Shown: positions 63,025-64,000 of the stretch, piece after piece
How positions within the stretch are numbered: position 1 is the first letter of the stretch
Layout of the letters: each line of letters begins with the position of its first letter
Assembly (NCBI GenBank): GCA_001661245.1
Contig: KV454014.1
Coordinates: 1,022,892-1,086,891, forward strand
Length of the DNA stretch: 64,000 nt
Direction of reading: 5' to 3'
Origin: Pachysolen tannophilus NRRL Y-2460
Lineage: Eukaryota
Position numbers and translations under genes: made by a program
The notes under the pieces: model-generated
Databases searched by the model: none
What the model saw: only the letters and a program-made list of their open reading frames with translations
What the model was told of the DNA's origin: nothing

Positions 63025-64000
63025 ATGGTTAAAAAAAGTTTTCCTTTTAGGAAAAGAAAAGTAGAGGAAGAGGCGGAAGTTGTGGATCAAAATGTTTCTG
63101 CGGCTAGTGATGATGATATCAATTTCCATAGTATAATTAATGATGAGAGTGATAGTGATAGTGAAGGTGAAACTGAAAGTGATGATGATGCGGGGCTGGA
63201 GCTGGACGAGACTGTGTATGAGAGTGCTCAGGAGTTTGAATCTCTGTCTGAAAATGAAGGTGAAGGTGAAACTAAAGTTCAAAGTGATGATGTTCAAAGT
63301 GATGATTCCGATGCGGAATTTAATTCTCTTTTAGGTCAAGAACCTTCAAGTAATAGCGATTTAAGTGACAACGATTTCGATAGTGAAGATGAAAAACCAC
63401 AAGTTGGGTTCTATGCTGATGGAGTTCCAAGGATTATCAAGCCAGAAATTGATCCAACATATGACTCGGATGATAGTGATGTTGAACCTCAAAATACTAT
63501 TGGTAATATACCAATCTCTGCTTATGATGAATTCCCTCACATTGGATATAATATTAACGGTAAACGTATCATGAGACCAGCAAAAGGTTCTGCATTGGAT
63601 CAATTATTAGAAAGTATTGATTTACCAGAAGGTTGGACAGGTTTATTGGATCGTAATACTGGTTCTTCTTTAAATTTAACTCAAGAAGAATTGGAATTAA
63701 TAAAGAAAATTCAACAAAATGAACAAACTGATGATTCTATAAACCCATATGAACCAACTATCGAATGGTTTACAAGTGAAAAAGAATTAATGCCATTAAC
63801 TGCAGTTCCTGAACCAAAAAGAAGATTTGTTCCTTCAAAACATGAAGCAAAAAGAATCATGAAAATAGTTAAAGCTATAAGAGAAGGTAGAATTATTCCA
63901 CCAGATCAATTGAAACTGGAACAAGAAAATCAAGAAGATGAAAGCTTAAATTTCGATTTATGGGAAACTGAAGGAGATGTAAATGAACATATCATGAATT
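63025..64000 (+). CDS. ERB1: Ribosome biogenesis protein Erb1/BOP1, 5' part (runs off the window)
   Basis: Not in the ORF track (edge ORF). ATG at 63025, acidic N-terminus, then in-frame [63 protein letters not shown]. Confidence 0.95.
   Translation, partial: MVKKSFPFRKRKVEEEAEVVDQNVSAASDDDINFHSIINDESDSDSEGETESDDDAGLELDETVYESAQEFESLSENEGEGETKVQSDDVQSDDSDAEFNSLLGQEPSSNSDLSDNDFDSEDEKPQVGFYADGVPRIIKPEIDPTYDSDDSDVEPQNTIGNIPISAYDEFPHIGYNINGKRIMRPAKGSALDQLLESIDLPEGWTGLLDRNTGSSLNLTQEELELIKKIQQNEQTDDSINPYEPTIEWFTSEKELMPLTAVPEPKRRFVPSKHEAKRIMKIVKAIREGRIIPPDQLKLEQENQEDESLNFDLWETEGDVNEHIMN

Overview
AT-rich, gene-dense budding-yeast (Saccharomycotina) chromosomal segment with about 28 protein-coding genes: DSS1-like (partial), ESF2, CDC50, BRE5, UBC1, a cNMP/F-box/LRR protein, VMA6, COG8, TCB3, RPL6, an orphan secreted protein, FPR3, HMG1, WAR1, a cytochrome-b5-like MAPR protein, a hydrolase-phosphatase fusion, MBP1, HSF1, an H4/H3 pair, DUF3445, GPI18, RPN12, SKY1, CWC27, a Zn deaminase, NDUFA9, ILV2 and ERB1 (partial). 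CTG codons fall at conserved Ala positions in Ilv2 and Hmg1, so the organism very likely uses the CUG=Ala code (Pachysolen-type, table 26) and the supplied ORF track mistranslates CTG. The most striking anomaly is HMG1: its last 168 codons plus 3' UTR (about 30318-30967) are inverted in place with no residue lost, and the break lies at the centre of a TGATGT-N-ACATCA palindrome. From sequence alone I cannot tell a real inversion from a misassembly. FPR3 and HSF1 each have a 1-nt frameshift in an A-run region, most likely sequencing errors. An orphan secreted Cys/Ser/Thr-rich gene interrupts the otherwise conserved RPL6-FPR3 adjacency. Two spliceosomal introns were found (TCB3, RPL6) and one assembly gap. 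I saw no tRNA, rRNA, transposon or CRISPR array. Gene names come from recognised motifs and recalled synteny, not from database searches.
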